Positions 25,737 through 36,472 of a stretch of 64,000 nucleotides of DNA are shown one piece after another; positions within the stretch are counted from its first letter, which is position 1; every line of letters begins with the position of its first letter. A program made the position numbers and the translations under genes. The stretch spans positions 1-64,000 of IMG/VR virus record IMGVR_UViG_3300016665_000824. The stretch is one strand, 5' to 3'. This DNA is from a virus. The notes below the pieces were generated by a model. It was not told the DNA's origin, did no database searches, and saw only the letters and a list, made by a program, of their open reading frames with translations.

Positions 25737-28700
25737 TTACGAGAAAGGATAGGTTGTAAAGGAGCCTGAGTTGTAGATCAGCGCCATTTCTGGCAGCGTT
25801 AACCGAGCGTTGTAGAAACCAAGCTCGTCAATAGAAAGGTTGTAACCGTAAGAGCCGATAGAAAAACTGCCAGTAAAAGAACTGATGGTTTCTGCGCCGA
25901 TGCCAGTAAAAATCTCTACTGGATTGCCATCAATTTTCAAAGCAATGATGTCATTTGCTTTGTCGATCTGAACGACGATCGACACCCATGCCCCTTCAGG
26001 GAATACATGAGTGCTGGTCGCATAGAAAGGAGTTGAGCCAATTACAAGGCTAAGGTTCCCTGACCCGTCAATAATCATGTAGTACTGCCCAGAATCGATC
26101 AGAGTAAATCCATGTCCAGGATCGATATCTGTTAAGGCGACAATCTTGACGGCAAAGGAGAACGAAAGGACGTTACTCGAAACATCAAAACTGGATGGCA
26201 CTGAGGCAACTAAGGCTCCTGTATTATGAAATACCGCCGTGTTCCCTGCAACCCCCGTAGCAGAAGTTACAACACTAGAACCATCAACAAGAGAAACCCC
26301 AAACAGCGAATCAATGCGACTGCCACTTACCTCATTTAAGTTCCAGTAGGCGATTGTCTTCGATAACAGGGTATTAACTTGAGCTGCGCCGCCTGACCCC
26401 CATACCATGCAATCTAAGAGATCATCTCCCGCATCGTATGTGCAGGTAATCAAACTTCTCGTTGATGGAGTGACAGAAATATTGTCGCTGCCGACAAATC
26501 GGTACTTAGAATCAAAGGTTAATGCACATCCCCCTTCTACGGGTTGCTTGAATCGAAATGACAGCTCTTGCCCATCTAGTAGGTTAGTTGGGTTCCCTAA
26601 CATTCTGGTTGAGCCAACGGCTGTGGTCAGCAACGCTCGGAAGTTATTGCTTAAAGATGCGTCTACGGCAATTGTTGAAGCGTCTGTCAAGGCATTGGGC
26701 GCGATCGCCTGTCCTTTGCTAAAAGACTGAGCCTTGTCTAAAGTGGCGATTATTTCCGATGATCCGCTAGAAGCGTTTCGCAATTTTAAAGTGTTGCTGT
26801 CATTGTAGAGAGCAATCTGACTCCCCGTAGTGGTTGGAGTGCTACCAGAAGTAACGATCACTCCAGTATTAGTTCCAACCGTACCCGTCTCACCCTTATC
26901 TCCCGCAGCCCCAGTAAACCCTCTTAGTCCGCGCACCCCGCGAGGAATTGTTAAGTTTATATTCTGGATACCGCTACTGTCAGTAAGAGTCATGGCGTAG
27001 TCATACTCGTCCGCCCCTAGAGTCACCGAGCCTACGCCAAATCGCTGGAGCCGAATCCATCTACCTGCTTGGTAGGATTCCAAGTCATTTGGTTTTGCCG
27101 CATAGGAAGAGTCGGTAGTGTCGTCAACGAGATAGGAATCATTTTGATACTGATACTCCCATTTCAAGCTAGCAACAATACATTTCTGGAGGTTTGGCGT
27201 AGTTGTAGAGCTAACTGCACGAAGGGCTGCAAGATTTGTTACGGGGGCGCGATTATACCTAGTCTTCTCAAACAACTCGCCAATCGTGGAGTCGGCTTCA
27301 AGGATGCAGCCATCCAAGGACGAATGACTAATTGAAGTAACCCTGTCGTTGTAGACAAAGGCGATCGCCACCTCGTAATTAGCGGTAGTAAAAATACTGC
27401 TACCTGATACGGGAGTAATAGCGTAACTCGCATCAGTCGCACGATACAATCCAAAACTTGCCGCAGGGTTGCTAGGCAACGAACCAACAGTCGTTTCGGT
27501 TCCGCTCAAGCCAATTGAAAAAGTCTGTGACACTCCTGCTAAAACAACCCCGTCAAAATACCAGATCGTTCCACCTCCAACTGGGCGAACAAAAAATCGG
27601 ATGCCTGATGGGTTGAAGTATCCCGCGCCAGACCCCGCAATTACATCGGGATAGTCGGGGCTGATATTTAGAGGATAAGTGACAGTGATTTCAAGTAAGT
27701 TGCTAGAAGAAAGCCCATAACTGCCAGACCAACTCCGAATATGTCCCAAACCATTAACCGTACCAACGATCGCTCTTAATACTGCGCCCTCAATCGTTGA
27801 ACCAGCGACATACAGCGACCCATTAATCGCCATAAATACTTTTTGGTTTGCGGTGTTAGCTTCAAGTCCTACAACCGCAGATTCTGGAATGGCTTGGAAT
27901 GTATATCCACCCCCCGAAGACAAAGAAATCGTGCCAGAGCCTTTTAGGGCTTTAGCCGAGTTCGCGCCAGAACTGGGAACAATTCGACGGCGATCATATT
28001 CTGCGGCAATAAAAGATCCCAAGAGGCTTGAATCGGGATTGTATTGGGCAAAATCCGCATACAAGTATGGTGAAGCCCTAAGTACAGACCCTTGAACGGG
28101 ACGATTCTTTAGTTGGAAAGAGCGAAATTCAAGACGGACTTGCAAAAACACAGCGCTACCAACAGGTAACTCCTTCTGCAATACCATCCCCGTCTGCGCC
28201 CCTGAATAGGCGATCGCGGTGTTAACCACCATCCCCACAGTGTCGATCGCCCCAGTAGTCTTGTCCACATACCCCTGAAAGATGATTGAAGCAAGCCCCA
28301 CGAACTGGCTCGACACGTCAACATTATCAAGGTCGAATGACAGCCCGATCCGAGTACCGCTAGGAATGGGATTGGATTCGTTATTTACAAGCCAAAAGCC
28401 GATCGCCTTGCTTGCCGTACCATCTACCCCGTAGTCAGGAGTTAAAATTACTGCGGTATCGGTAATATCAACAATTGAAACGTCGCAGCCATTTAACTCG
28501 GTGGTGCTTGGCACGTAGGTAGAGAACACTTGAGGATAAACATCCTTCCACCCTGTTGGTGCAAATACCGCGTCGTAAGCAACAAAGCGACTGGATGGAG
28601 TGGCGATCGCCCGACGCATTCCATGTACAGGACTGGCGGGAAGAGAGGCTTCATCGGTAACAGTTAGTCCCGTAATCGCAAGGTGCTGATCTTGACTCAA

Positions 28701-29063
28701 CTCAATCACCGCAGGCAGTGCGTACGGAGTGCCGTCAGTTTGATATCCAGGGAATGAGGCGACGGTTACGGCGGTACTGACATCATTACTGACGGACATC
28801 AGTATCACATACTCGTGAATATCAGTGCCATTAATCCCCCCGACGCTAGCGGGTTTCGCGCCAGTCGGGATTGTAATTACAATCTTTTGCCCTGCCGCAA
28901 CGGTCGTTGAGGCGGATGTAGATACAGCGCTGTAACCCGCCCTATTACGGTATTGCAACCAAAAATACTTAGTTCCAGCCTTGTCGCTGGTAATGCTGCC
29001 GCTACCCAAGCTTAATTGTGGCGATGGCGGAGTAGCTGGAGTTCCCTGATATTGATATCGCAT
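25737..29063 (-). CDS. tail fibre / receptor-binding protein with collagen-like Gly-X-Y tract and C-terminal ConA/LamG-like domain
   Basis: 1108-aa ORF; G-X-Y x8 (GVRGLRGFTGAAGDKGETGTVG) at about 26880-26950; C-terminal ~180 aa has LamG-like beta-sandwich pattern. Confidence 0.8.
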   Translation of the reverse strand: MRYQYQGTPATPPSPQLSLGSGSITSDKAGTKYFWLQYRNRAGYSAVSTSASTTVAAGQKIVITIPTGAKPASVGGINGTDIHEYVILMSVSNDVSTAVTVASFPGYQTDGTPYALPAVIELSQDQHLAITGLTVTDEASLPASPVHGMRRAIATPSSRFVAYDAVFAPTGWKDVYPQVFSTYVPSTTELNGCDVSIVDITDTAVILTPDYGVDGTASKAIGFWLVNNESNPIPSGTRIGLSFDLDNVDVSSQFVGLASIIFQGYVDKTTGAIDTVGMVVNTAIAYSGAQTGMVLQKELPVGSAVFLQVRLEFRSFQLKNRPVQGSVLRASPYLYADFAQYNPDSSLLGSFIAAEYDRRRIVPSSGANSAKALKGSGTISLSSGGGYTFQAIPESAVVGLEANTANQKVFMAINGSLYVAGSTIEGAVLRAIVGTVNGLGHIRSWSGSYGLSSSNLLEITVTYPLNISPDYPDVIAGSGAGYFNPSGIRFFVRPVGGGTIWYFDGVVLAGVSQTFSIGLSGTETTVGSLPSNPAASFGLYRATDASYAITPVSGSSIFTTANYEVAIAFVYNDRVTSISHSSLDGCILEADSTIGELFEKTRYNRAPVTNLAALRAVSSTTTPNLQKCIVASLKWEYQYQNDSYLVDDTTDSSYAAKPNDLESYQAGRWIRLQRFGVGSVTLGADEYDYAMTLTDSSGIQNINLTIPRGVRGLRGFTGAAGDKGETGTVGTNTGVIVTSGSTPTTTGSQIALYNDSNTLKLRNASSGSSEIIATLDKAQSFSKGQAIAPNALTDASTIAVDASLSNNFRALLTTAVGSTRMLGNPTNLLDGQELSFRFKQPVEGGCALTFDSKYRFVGSDNISVTPSTRSLITCTYDAGDDLLDCMVWGSGGAAQVNTLLSKTIAYWNLNEVSGSRIDSLFGVSLVDGSSVVTSATGVAGNTAVFHNTGALVASVPSSFDVSSNVLSFSFAVKIVALTDIDPGHGFTLIDSGQYYMIIDGSGNLSLVIGSTPFYATSTHVFPEGAWVSIVVQIDKANDIIALKIDGNPVEIFTGIGAETISSFTGSFSIGSYGYNLSIDELGFYNARLTLPEMALIYNSGSFTTYPFS

Positions 29064-29138
29064 ATCTAAGTGATTTCTTTTTTACCACCCTTTCATGGGG
29101 GTAAAACAACTACTCAGAAATGGCTTTTTTCGCGATCG

Positions 29139-31127
29139 CTAAGCAATGTAAGCACTAGCATCTACCGCTACGAAGTCAACAGTAGGCTGGGTAATATCAA
29201 CAGTTTCTTTTGTTATTCCGAAAGGATTAGCAGCTAGATTGGTAATAAAAACATCGATTTTTTCGATCGGAATTTGCCTTTTAGGAGTCCCAGAATCCGT
29301 AGGGTCGTCCATCGTGAATGGCTTTAAGGGGATGCTAAACAAAGTTGCATCAACAAGATTGGGTCGAAAATATCTATCAAAAATATCTAAAAGGTTCTTG
29401 CCGTTACCTAATTCATCCCTGTCTAAAGCATTTTTAAATCTACTTCTGGGAAACTCGTTTGACTTGTTACCCACAACAAGAACGCCTTTAGGTATACCTT
29501 TACTGTCCTTTATCGATAATAGATACGACTCTCGCTTTGCCCCGATCGCGACAATAAATTCTAAGTCAGTCCCAAAGATAAAACCCTGTTGTGATGAGTT
29601 GGAAAAATAGCCAAGCGTCGTCCCAGCAGAAATAAACTCCGAAGCAGAGTAAAACATTTTTAATTTTGTTGGCAAAGGCTTTACCTCTTCATTAAGAATC
29701 TCAGGCTCTCCAAGGCTAATCCTTAAATCGACTTCAACAGACCCAGACAGAGAGCATGTACCCGTAGTTACGATCACAAGAAAACTCTCAAAACCCTCGT
29801 AGGTAAACCCCTTCCCAGTGACCTCAATCCCCGCAAAAGGATTTACTAGGTAGGCAAGTCTTATCCCGTCAGCAACATCTGAAGGAGTATTGCCTTCAAG
29901 TACTGTGTATGTATATGTTCTCGTCTCTTCTTCTAACAGTGAATTCAAGCCTGTCACAGAAAGAGTAACAACAGTACTTGGCGGGTTGTCGGTCATTTTC
30001 CCCAAAAATCCTTTCTTTCCCGTAACCGTTGGGGACGACGAAGATATAGAAAGCGAAAAGTCGTCAGCGTTATAGTCTCCCCGAACAACTATGGTTGATG
30101 GACTAGAAGTGGTTGAAGAGTAGAAACCAAACGAGAAAAGGTTCGAGTTTGTAGACAAGGCTAATATCAACCCCGCCACAACGTCCTGCTCCGAATTGTC
30201 CGACTCTACTACCGTGTAAGTCACCGAGTATGGTGTTGAAACAACAGAGCCTTCGGGAGATAGCGTTATCTTAGAGACAACAACCGTAATAGTTTCACCC
30301 GTTATGGGTTCAAAAGACCTTAGTGAGAATCTAATGCTTTTAACGTCTAGTTGCTGGTTGTCGGAATAGAGTAAAGCCCCCTTAACCCCAGTAGTCGTAT
30401 CTGCCCAATAGGAGGCGTATTTTGTAATTGCCGACTCTAAAAAACCAAAATCAGTTCGGACTCTTTTCTTAACCGCCAATTCAAATGCCGTATAAAACCC
30501 GTTCTGGAAGCAAGAAAGTGTAGGAAAGTTAAACAGGTTTTCAAACAAGAAGCCTTGGTTGTCGGGATAGCTAGGATCATCGACCCCAAACCCTGCATAA
30601 ACTCGCGGAACGTCAACATCTTTAACCATTTCCTCCCCAAGGGGGGATAACGTCACCAATGTAAGCTTGTCGGATTTTAGTAGTCTCACATTAACAAGCC
30701 AGTCGGACAACCCCGTACCCAAGTTGTTTATCGTCGGAGGTCCAAACAGCGCATAACCCTCTGGGATTGTGTAAACACTTGTAGGTTCAGCGCGATCGCC
30801 ACCTATATAGATTTCGGTTCCCTTGACATAAAGAATCTTTACTGGACCACCAGTGCCATCCGCAGAAGGCGGTTTATTCTTCCTCTTGTATATCGTCTTT
30901 TTTTGGATAGTACCTGATTCTCTTGCTGATACCGCATACCACTGTCCATCATCCGCTTGTAGGGCAACACAACTACCCGAAGATATTGGAGTCCCCGCGA
31001 TCGCACGAACTGTACCATCTTCGCTAACGACCGTACATTCATTGTTACTGTCTACGCCAATCGTATTCCCAAAAACAATCCTGTTTTGGGCTTTCAGCGC
31101 TGCAATTAATCTTTCTTCAGGTGTCAC
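29139..31127 (-). CDS. putative tail/baseplate structural protein (662 aa)
   Basis: large ORF in tail module, GTG start overlapping upstream micro-ORF (GTGA). Confidence 0.7.
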   Translation of the reverse strand: MTPEERLIAALKAQNRIVFGNTIGVDSNNECTVVSEDGTVRAIAGTPISSGSCVALQADDGQWYAVSARESGTIQKKTIYKRKNKPPSADGTGGPVKILYVKGTEIYIGGDRAEPTSVYTIPEGYALFGPPTINNLGTGLSDWLVNVRLLKSDKLTLVTLSPLGEEMVKDVDVPRVYAGFGVDDPSYPDNQGFLFENLFNFPTLSCFQNGFYTAFELAVKKRVRTDFGFLESAITKYASYWADTTTGVKGALLYSDNQQLDVKSIRFSLRSFEPITGETITVVVSKITLSPEGSVVSTPYSVTYTVVESDNSEQDVVAGLILALSTNSNLFSFGFYSSTTSSPSTIVVRGDYNADDFSLSISSSSPTVTGKKGFLGKMTDNPPSTVVTLSVTGLNSLLEEETRTYTYTVLEGNTPSDVADGIRLAYLVNPFAGIEVTGKGFTYEGFESFLVIVTTGTCSLSGSVEVDLRISLGEPEILNEEVKPLPTKLKMFYSASEFISAGTTLGYFSNSSQQGFIFGTDLEFIVAIGAKRESYLLSIKDSKGIPKGVLVVGNKSNEFPRSRFKNALDRDELGNGKNLLDIFDRYFRPNLVDATLFSIPLKPFTMDDPTDSGTPKRQIPIEKIDVFITNLAANPFGITKETVDITQPTVDFVAVDASAYIA

Positions 31128-31300
31128 GACTTAGCTAATGTTGATTTGGAGATACTAATACTCTGAGAGCTAAAAGGAATTTCAAAGGTCTTTCCATTCT
31201 GGGAGATCTGTAAGCCTGTCTGACTTTTAACAATGGATGGGGTTGCGTTCTTAATAAGCTCGGTAAACTTGGCGACAATTACATCTTCGGAAGTACTCAT
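31124..31300 (-). CDS. small ORF (58 aa) coupled between two tail genes
   Basis: not in track; start ATG overlaps stop of 819-aa gene (ATGA) and its stop overlaps GTG start of 662-aa gene (GTGA). Confidence 0.5.
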   Translation of the reverse strand: MSTSEDVIVAKFTELIKNATPSIVKSQTGLQISQNGKTFEIPFSSQSISISKSTLAKS

Positions 31301-33756
31301 GATCTAAAAGCCCTACGTTGTGATTCATTGTAAACAAAATTACCACGCAGACTTGAATCGAAACTTGATATTCGCACATCAGGAGCGATCGCGCCATCGC
31401 TGTTCCGACTGTAGGTTGATTGCGTGATATTCACTGTTCGGGCTTGGTCATAACTACATTCCACTTGCGTTCCCTCGGAAACCACAAATAAGCTGCCATT
31501 CTGCAAGCCTCGGTATTCAAGAGATTGGGAGACACTAGAGATTCTTAATTGCCCTGAACTAAAGGCAACGCGATCGCCTGATTTTAGAGACGGATAGTAC
31601 CATGCAAGTTTTTTAGACGCGATCGCATTCTGCATGGCGGTCATTCTCAAATCGGTCTCTAGGGTTGTTTTCGCTTCCGCGACAGTGCTCGCATAGGGCA
31701 AGTTAAGTTCGCTGCTATCGGTGTATTCCAGGATAATGTCTGCGGGGTACGCCCCAACCAAGTCGGAAGACGCATAGTACTTGTTATAGGCGTAAGATCT
31801 GTAGTCTGTTCGACCTTCGATTCTCGCCTTTTCTTTGGCGGTTCCCCATCGTTTTAGCATTACTTGCGCCGTAGGAGGTTTACCTTTCTTGACCTCCTTG
31901 ACCGCATCCTGAGACGCATCCAAAAAAGACTGCCCTTGGGCTGTGTCGTTGGTAATCAACTCTTCAAACTTCTCAGCTTTGTCCCTGCCTAACGGGGAAG
32001 ATATTGAGCTAAATACCTGTGGCTTGCTTGAATCGTAATCATAGACCTTTCGGATCACGCTGTTGTAAGCCTCTTCTCCCGCAAAAATAAATTCAGGACG
32101 ATTATCGCCAGCCTTCCTTGTTGTAGTTGGCAAATACGGGTTAAATACAGGGCTTTTAGCAAAAGTAAAACAGCTTTTAAAACTACTCTCACTCTTAATC
32201 CAAAAAGGTTCGGAGTCGGTCGGACTAGCAGTAATAATGCCTACAACATATTCAGGATCGATAACCGTAGTGCCATTTTGAGTGATATACGAGGGAGGAA
32301 TATTTCCCCTAGCCACAATGTCTTGGGGAATATCAGTGTATTTTTGGACTTCAATCTGAAATGGGAAAGGAGTAGATACGGGATACAGCGATCGTATAGG
32401 CGCAATCTCAAAGCCAGACCTCCCGTTAATTGGAATCTTTTTCCAGTCACAAAGCTCGGCTGCATAGCGAGATGTATTGTAAACATTGTCAGAAACTGCG
32501 GGTGGAGTACTGTATATGGACTCGTACTTACCTTCCGTCTCTTTTTGGAGTCGGACGTACTTCCATCCACGAATCGTTGTGCCAATTAAATATTTGGCAT
32601 TGTCAAGAATGGTCTGAAACCCATTCCCTTTCAGTACATTTGCCGAGTCTGGGTTAATATAAATTGGCGCTACTCTACCTGTGGAGGTGGCGTAAACATT
32701 GAAATAGGCAAGAATAGAAGAATATTCATAGGTTACTTCTTGTTCTTCAACCTGAGTCCACCATAAGCTAGGAGAACCATTTAGTTTTAAAACGGTTCTT
32801 TTACCCTCGATTGTCCCAAACTCAGCGACATCTACTGCCCTAAATTTATATCCGTAAATACGAGTTAATTCGCTCTGAACAACGCCATCGACAATTACGG
32901 TGCGAGTATAAACTTTCTTAGGTCCCGATACGTCAAAATTCATATCAAGCGACTTAAGCGTTCCACTTGCTTCTTTAGATGAAAGTTGACTAGCATCGTC
33001 CCCAGTGTCGCCACCTCCATTCTGGATAACAATTTCTGTTTGAGGGGAAATTGGTAAAAGCAATTTATCTTCTTGGTCGAAAGGATCTTTGGAGAACTTA
33101 CCTGTGATCGCCACGTTGTCGATAATTGGCAGTACAGGACTGCGCTTCCTGCTCCCGTCATCGACGACCAAGTAATCGGGGAAAGCCCAAGAGCCAACCC
33201 CATCTATAGGAAGCATCTTTACAGCATCAACATCAGAAAACCGAACAAAACATCCTAGTCTGCGGCAGTTAGTTTTTAAGATCTCTTCAAAGGTTGTTTC
33301 GAGATTATCTGGGGAGAAAAATATTGCAGGTCCAGAGTAGGCAATACCTAGAAACGCGGCGATCGCTGCCACATTTACGCCAGTGGCATATTTAAACCTT
33401 GAAAAATTATCAGGTTGCACGAACGGGCTAACACTAAACTTTCTCTGGCACTTGGCTTTCCACTTTGAATCAAGGTTGACCACAACCTCATAGGTTTCAA
33501 TATCTCCACGACCATGACGTGATCGCTTGATCGACACCCCACTCGGCATCACGATAAAGCCAATGCCTTCGATATTTACAGTCGTTAAGTTTGGGTATGC
33601 AGTGGCGATCGTATTGGCAAGATCTAAAGTACACCCCTTATAAGTGATCGTCCCCGAAGGATAGTCTTCTAGCTTGTCAGACCACTGCAAATTACCTACT
33701 TGTAGCGGGTAGGGCAATTGAGGGTAACTCGTAAGCTGTTGAGAGATCGTAGGCAT
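31297..33756 (-). CDS. putative tail/baseplate structural protein (819 aa)
   Basis: large ORF in tail module. Confidence 0.7.
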   Translation of the reverse strand: MPTISQQLTSYPQLPYPLQVGNLQWSDKLEDYPSGTITYKGCTLDLANTIATAYPNLTTVNIEGIGFIVMPSGVSIKRSRHGRGDIETYEVVVNLDSKWKAKCQRKFSVSPFVQPDNFSRFKYATGVNVAAIAAFLGIAYSGPAIFFSPDNLETTFEEILKTNCRRLGCFVRFSDVDAVKMLPIDGVGSWAFPDYLVVDDGSRKRSPVLPIIDNVAITGKFSKDPFDQEDKLLLPISPQTEIVIQNGGGDTGDDASQLSSKEASGTLKSLDMNFDVSGPKKVYTRTVIVDGVVQSELTRIYGYKFRAVDVAEFGTIEGKRTVLKLNGSPSLWWTQVEEQEVTYEYSSILAYFNVYATSTGRVAPIYINPDSANVLKGNGFQTILDNAKYLIGTTIRGWKYVRLQKETEGKYESIYSTPPAVSDNVYNTSRYAAELCDWKKIPINGRSGFEIAPIRSLYPVSTPFPFQIEVQKYTDIPQDIVARGNIPPSYITQNGTTVIDPEYVVGIITASPTDSEPFWIKSESSFKSCFTFAKSPVFNPYLPTTTRKAGDNRPEFIFAGEEAYNSVIRKVYDYDSSKPQVFSSISSPLGRDKAEKFEELITNDTAQGQSFLDASQDAVKEVKKGKPPTAQVMLKRWGTAKEKARIEGRTDYRSYAYNKYYASSDLVGAYPADIILEYTDSSELNLPYASTVAEAKTTLETDLRMTAMQNAIASKKLAWYYPSLKSGDRVAFSSGQLRISSVSQSLEYRGLQNGSLFVVSEGTQVECSYDQARTVNITQSTYSRNSDGAIAPDVRISSFDSSLRGNFVYNESQRRAFRS

Positions 33757-34124
33757 TAGCTAACTTCACCACCTGAAATCTTGACATCGGAAAAATATGC
33801 GTAGCCATGCCCAAGAAATCGACTATCCACAGAGTCAAAGGAATAATAGTCGTCCTGAACTTTATAGCTTGATATTTCTAGTTCAATCCCAGCTTGCCCC
33901 AACTGCTTTTTTTCTGGTACTAAAGCCTCGGAGTCTACTGGGTAGCGCTTAAGCTCGGTGTCCTTGAGTATTCTGAGTTTCAATTTATTTGATAGAGATC
34001 GCTGCATTGATGACCCCAAAATTCTCTTTACAGGCTTGCATATTATGACCACTGCTTTTCTCTTTGTGTCATTCTTGCGATCGCTAAGCATTGTAGGTAA
34101 TACTGCCAACCGTCTGCCTGCCAT
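33756..34124 (-). CDS. hypothetical tail-module protein
   Basis: ORF; alternative ATG at 34091 would reduce overlap with upstream gene to 8 nt. Confidence 0.5.
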   Translation of the reverse strand: MAGRRLAVLPTMLSDRKNDTKRKAVVIICKPVKRILGSSMQRSLSNKLKLRILKDTELKRYPVDSEALVPEKKQLGQAGIELEISSYKVQDDYYSFDSVDSRFLGHGYAYFSDVKISGGEVS

Positions 34125-34935
34125 TTACAGGGGAAGGCTGTTCAACCTGAGATCCCGCAAACAATGCCATTGGCATGTATAGCGTCACATATTTTTCATC
34201 GTCGGATAAAAATTCGTAGACTTCGGGCGATCGCATGTTTAAAGCCCTCAAATAAGTACGCCCCGCAAAGTCAGAAACGAGTGTAAATTCTGGTAGTTCA
34301 TAAGTAGCGATCGCGGCGACAGGCTCCAACGTTAAATCTTGATGTAAATGTAGCATTGTTGCGCCCGTAGGGAATGGGGCTGTCGGATAGACAAAGATTG
34401 CATCGGTATCAACACCATAGGTTCCTACTACGCCGAGAGTTGGCGAGTACGGGAACGAGATGCCGTCTACGGCAATGGGGCTGGGACTAGTGAATGTACC
34501 CCATGTCGAAGTGTCGATACGATATACGTTTGCATTGTTTGTGGCGATCGCAGTGGCAGACACTGCCATATCTACTGAGATACTGACTGCTTTACTGCCT
34601 TCATATATGTGGACAGTGTTGGAATCAGTATTGAACCAAAATGAATGCGGTACAGCGAGCTTTGGTTCAACTTCATTTGAGCCAGCCACCGATACCGCTT
34701 CGACGGTGAACGGGAAGGTATGGCGGTAGTGAACACCCGAATAAATAGGGTTGACTGCGTGATAAACGACAGGTTGCAACCCGATCGCATTGGCATAAAG
34801 TACGGTGTAGTTACAACTGGCGATCGGAGCCATGCTGCGTGATGAGCCTTGCCATAACCTCATGACACTAGTACTGGTTTGTGATGGACTAGGTAGTGCG
34901 GTAGTAGGCAAGTCGTTGGACACGAGTTTAAACAT
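34084..34935 (-). CDS. putative tail structural protein (283 aa)
   Basis: ORF in tail module. Confidence 0.65.
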   Translation of the reverse strand: MFKLVSNDLPTTALPSPSQTSTSVMRLWQGSSRSMAPIASCNYTVLYANAIGLQPVVYHAVNPIYSGVHYRHTFPFTVEAVSVAGSNEVEPKLAVPHSFWFNTDSNTVHIYEGSKAVSISVDMAVSATAIATNNANVYRIDTSTWGTFTSPSPIAVDGISFPYSPTLGVVGTYGVDTDAIFVYPTAPFPTGATMLHLHQDLTLEPVAAIATYELPEFTLVSDFAGRTYLRALNMRSPEVYEFLSDDEKYVTLYMPMALFAGSQVEQPSPVNGRQTVGSITYNA

Positions 34936-34951
34936 AATTCAGATCTGAATT

Positions 34952-36403
34952 TTAATAATTCCAGTCAAGGGATTCGTAAACCAGAGTCATCGACTCGATC
35001 AGCTTCTCCGCGCCGACAAAGTATTCCTTCCCAGACGGCGTAGCGCCAATCAGGTAACAGTTTCTCAGTGTCGCGCCAAGCAAGCTAATTGTTCTCACTG
35101 CGGGGGTAGATCCTTTTGACAGGGCGGTGCGAGATGCGTTAGCTAGCGATCGCCATGCAATCACATCACTCGCTTTAACCCCTGACAACCCCAATGTTAC
35201 TGATTGGCGAGCGAGGGCTACCTGTGTTTGCACTCCATTGCGATTAAGGAGGATCTGTGAGTTATCGGCATCGGCAAAAGAGATCGAATCAACCTCATAG
35301 CCATCGAAGAAGTTTGCTGCGCCCGCACCCGTTTGATCGTAAGACCAATATTTGCTGATAAATTCAAGCTGGGTTGATGCTCGTATTTCCCGCCCGCTTA
35401 CGGTTACGGTTTCTGAAGGAGTGACATTAGTAAGAATTGCCGAGGGGATTGTGTAGCCAGCAACAGTTAACGAGATGACTTCAGGATTAAGAGCATCGGC
35501 AACATTTTCGACCTTGTGGATATAGTTGACTGCATATTCTGCGGGTGTGCCAATTACCGAGAAGGATATCCGCCGCTTAAAGGTTGGGACTTCGCGACGA
35601 CCCGAACCTGCTTGGTTAATTACAAATATCTTTGTATCAGCGCCAACATTAATATTCGCGATCGGGTAGCCATCGAAAGTCCCCTGAGAGAATGGGACAT
35701 CATAATTTCGAGTTTCATATTCAAGCACCAGTGCATCACTAATTTTGCCCAGCCCCGTAGTAATCGAAGCGGTCGGTGTTACTGATGTCAGTACTGCATT
35801 ACTTAAAGTAATACCGCCAATAGTAATGTCTTCAGTTAGTGGCGCAAGCAGGTCTGTATTCAGTAAGTTTAAAAATTTCTGATAGTCGGCTGGTGAAGTA
35901 CCTTTCAGGGTAATCGTCACCTTGCGGCGCTTAACTACGGCAGTACGAACTATGCCTGCATCGGCATACTGGACGCTAATCGAATCACCATCACCGAACT
36001 GAACCCCGTCTAACTCGACCGTATAACCTTTAAAGTGGTCGAAGGCTACACCATGCGTCCAAGTATTACTTTCGTAGAGCAGTCTTAAAGTCTCAACTAT
36101 TTGAGCTTCACCTACCTGCAAAATACCCGTTATTTCTGCGGAGACAAGGCGACATCCCGACAAACTGCGTCCACCATAGGAGATACTGTCACGGAGATCA
36201 GATCCTGCTTCTGCTGCGGACTGATAGTAAAGAACGTCGGCATCTGAGACCCCAGTAATGGTTATCCCGATGTTTGGGCGATAAGCCTTGAATTTTTGGA
36301 GCGTAGACCCGTCCTGCTTGGTGAATTCCCTAGACTCCGCCTCGCCAAACTGAATACCATCTGGCGCGATCGCAAATCCATCAAATTGTAAAAGCGAAAT
36401 CAT
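34952..36403 (-). CDS. putative tail structural protein (483 aa)
   Basis: ORF in tail module. Confidence 0.7.
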   Translation of the reverse strand: MISLLQFDGFAIAPDGIQFGEAESREFTKQDGSTLQKFKAYRPNIGITITGVSDADVLYYQSAAEAGSDLRDSISYGGRSLSGCRLVSAEITGILQVGEAQIVETLRLLYESNTWTHGVAFDHFKGYTVELDGVQFGDGDSISVQYADAGIVRTAVVKRRKVTITLKGTSPADYQKFLNLLNTDLLAPLTEDITIGGITLSNAVLTSVTPTASITTGLGKISDALVLEYETRNYDVPFSQGTFDGYPIANINVGADTKIFVINQAGSGRREVPTFKRRISFSVIGTPAEYAVNYIHKVENVADALNPEVISLTVAGYTIPSAILTNVTPSETVTVSGREIRASTQLEFISKYWSYDQTGAGAANFFDGYEVDSISFADADNSQILLNRNGVQTQVALARQSVTLGLSGVKASDVIAWRSLANASRTALSKGSTPAVRTISLLGATLRNCYLIGATPSGKEYFVGAEKLIESMTLVYESLDWNY

Positions 36404-36409
36404 TGGCGC

Positions 36410-36455
36410 ATCAAAAAGGCGATCGCTTTATTTAATGTGCGATCGCCTTTTTGAT
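36410..36455 (-). terminator. 17-bp perfect stem hairpin built from two HIP1 sites (attenuator/terminator candidate)
   Basis: ATCAAAAAGGCGATCGC ... GCGATCGCCTTTTTGAT between the 80-aa and 483-aa genes. Confidence 0.45.
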
Positions 36456-36472
36456 ATTTAATTGTTGCGGAA

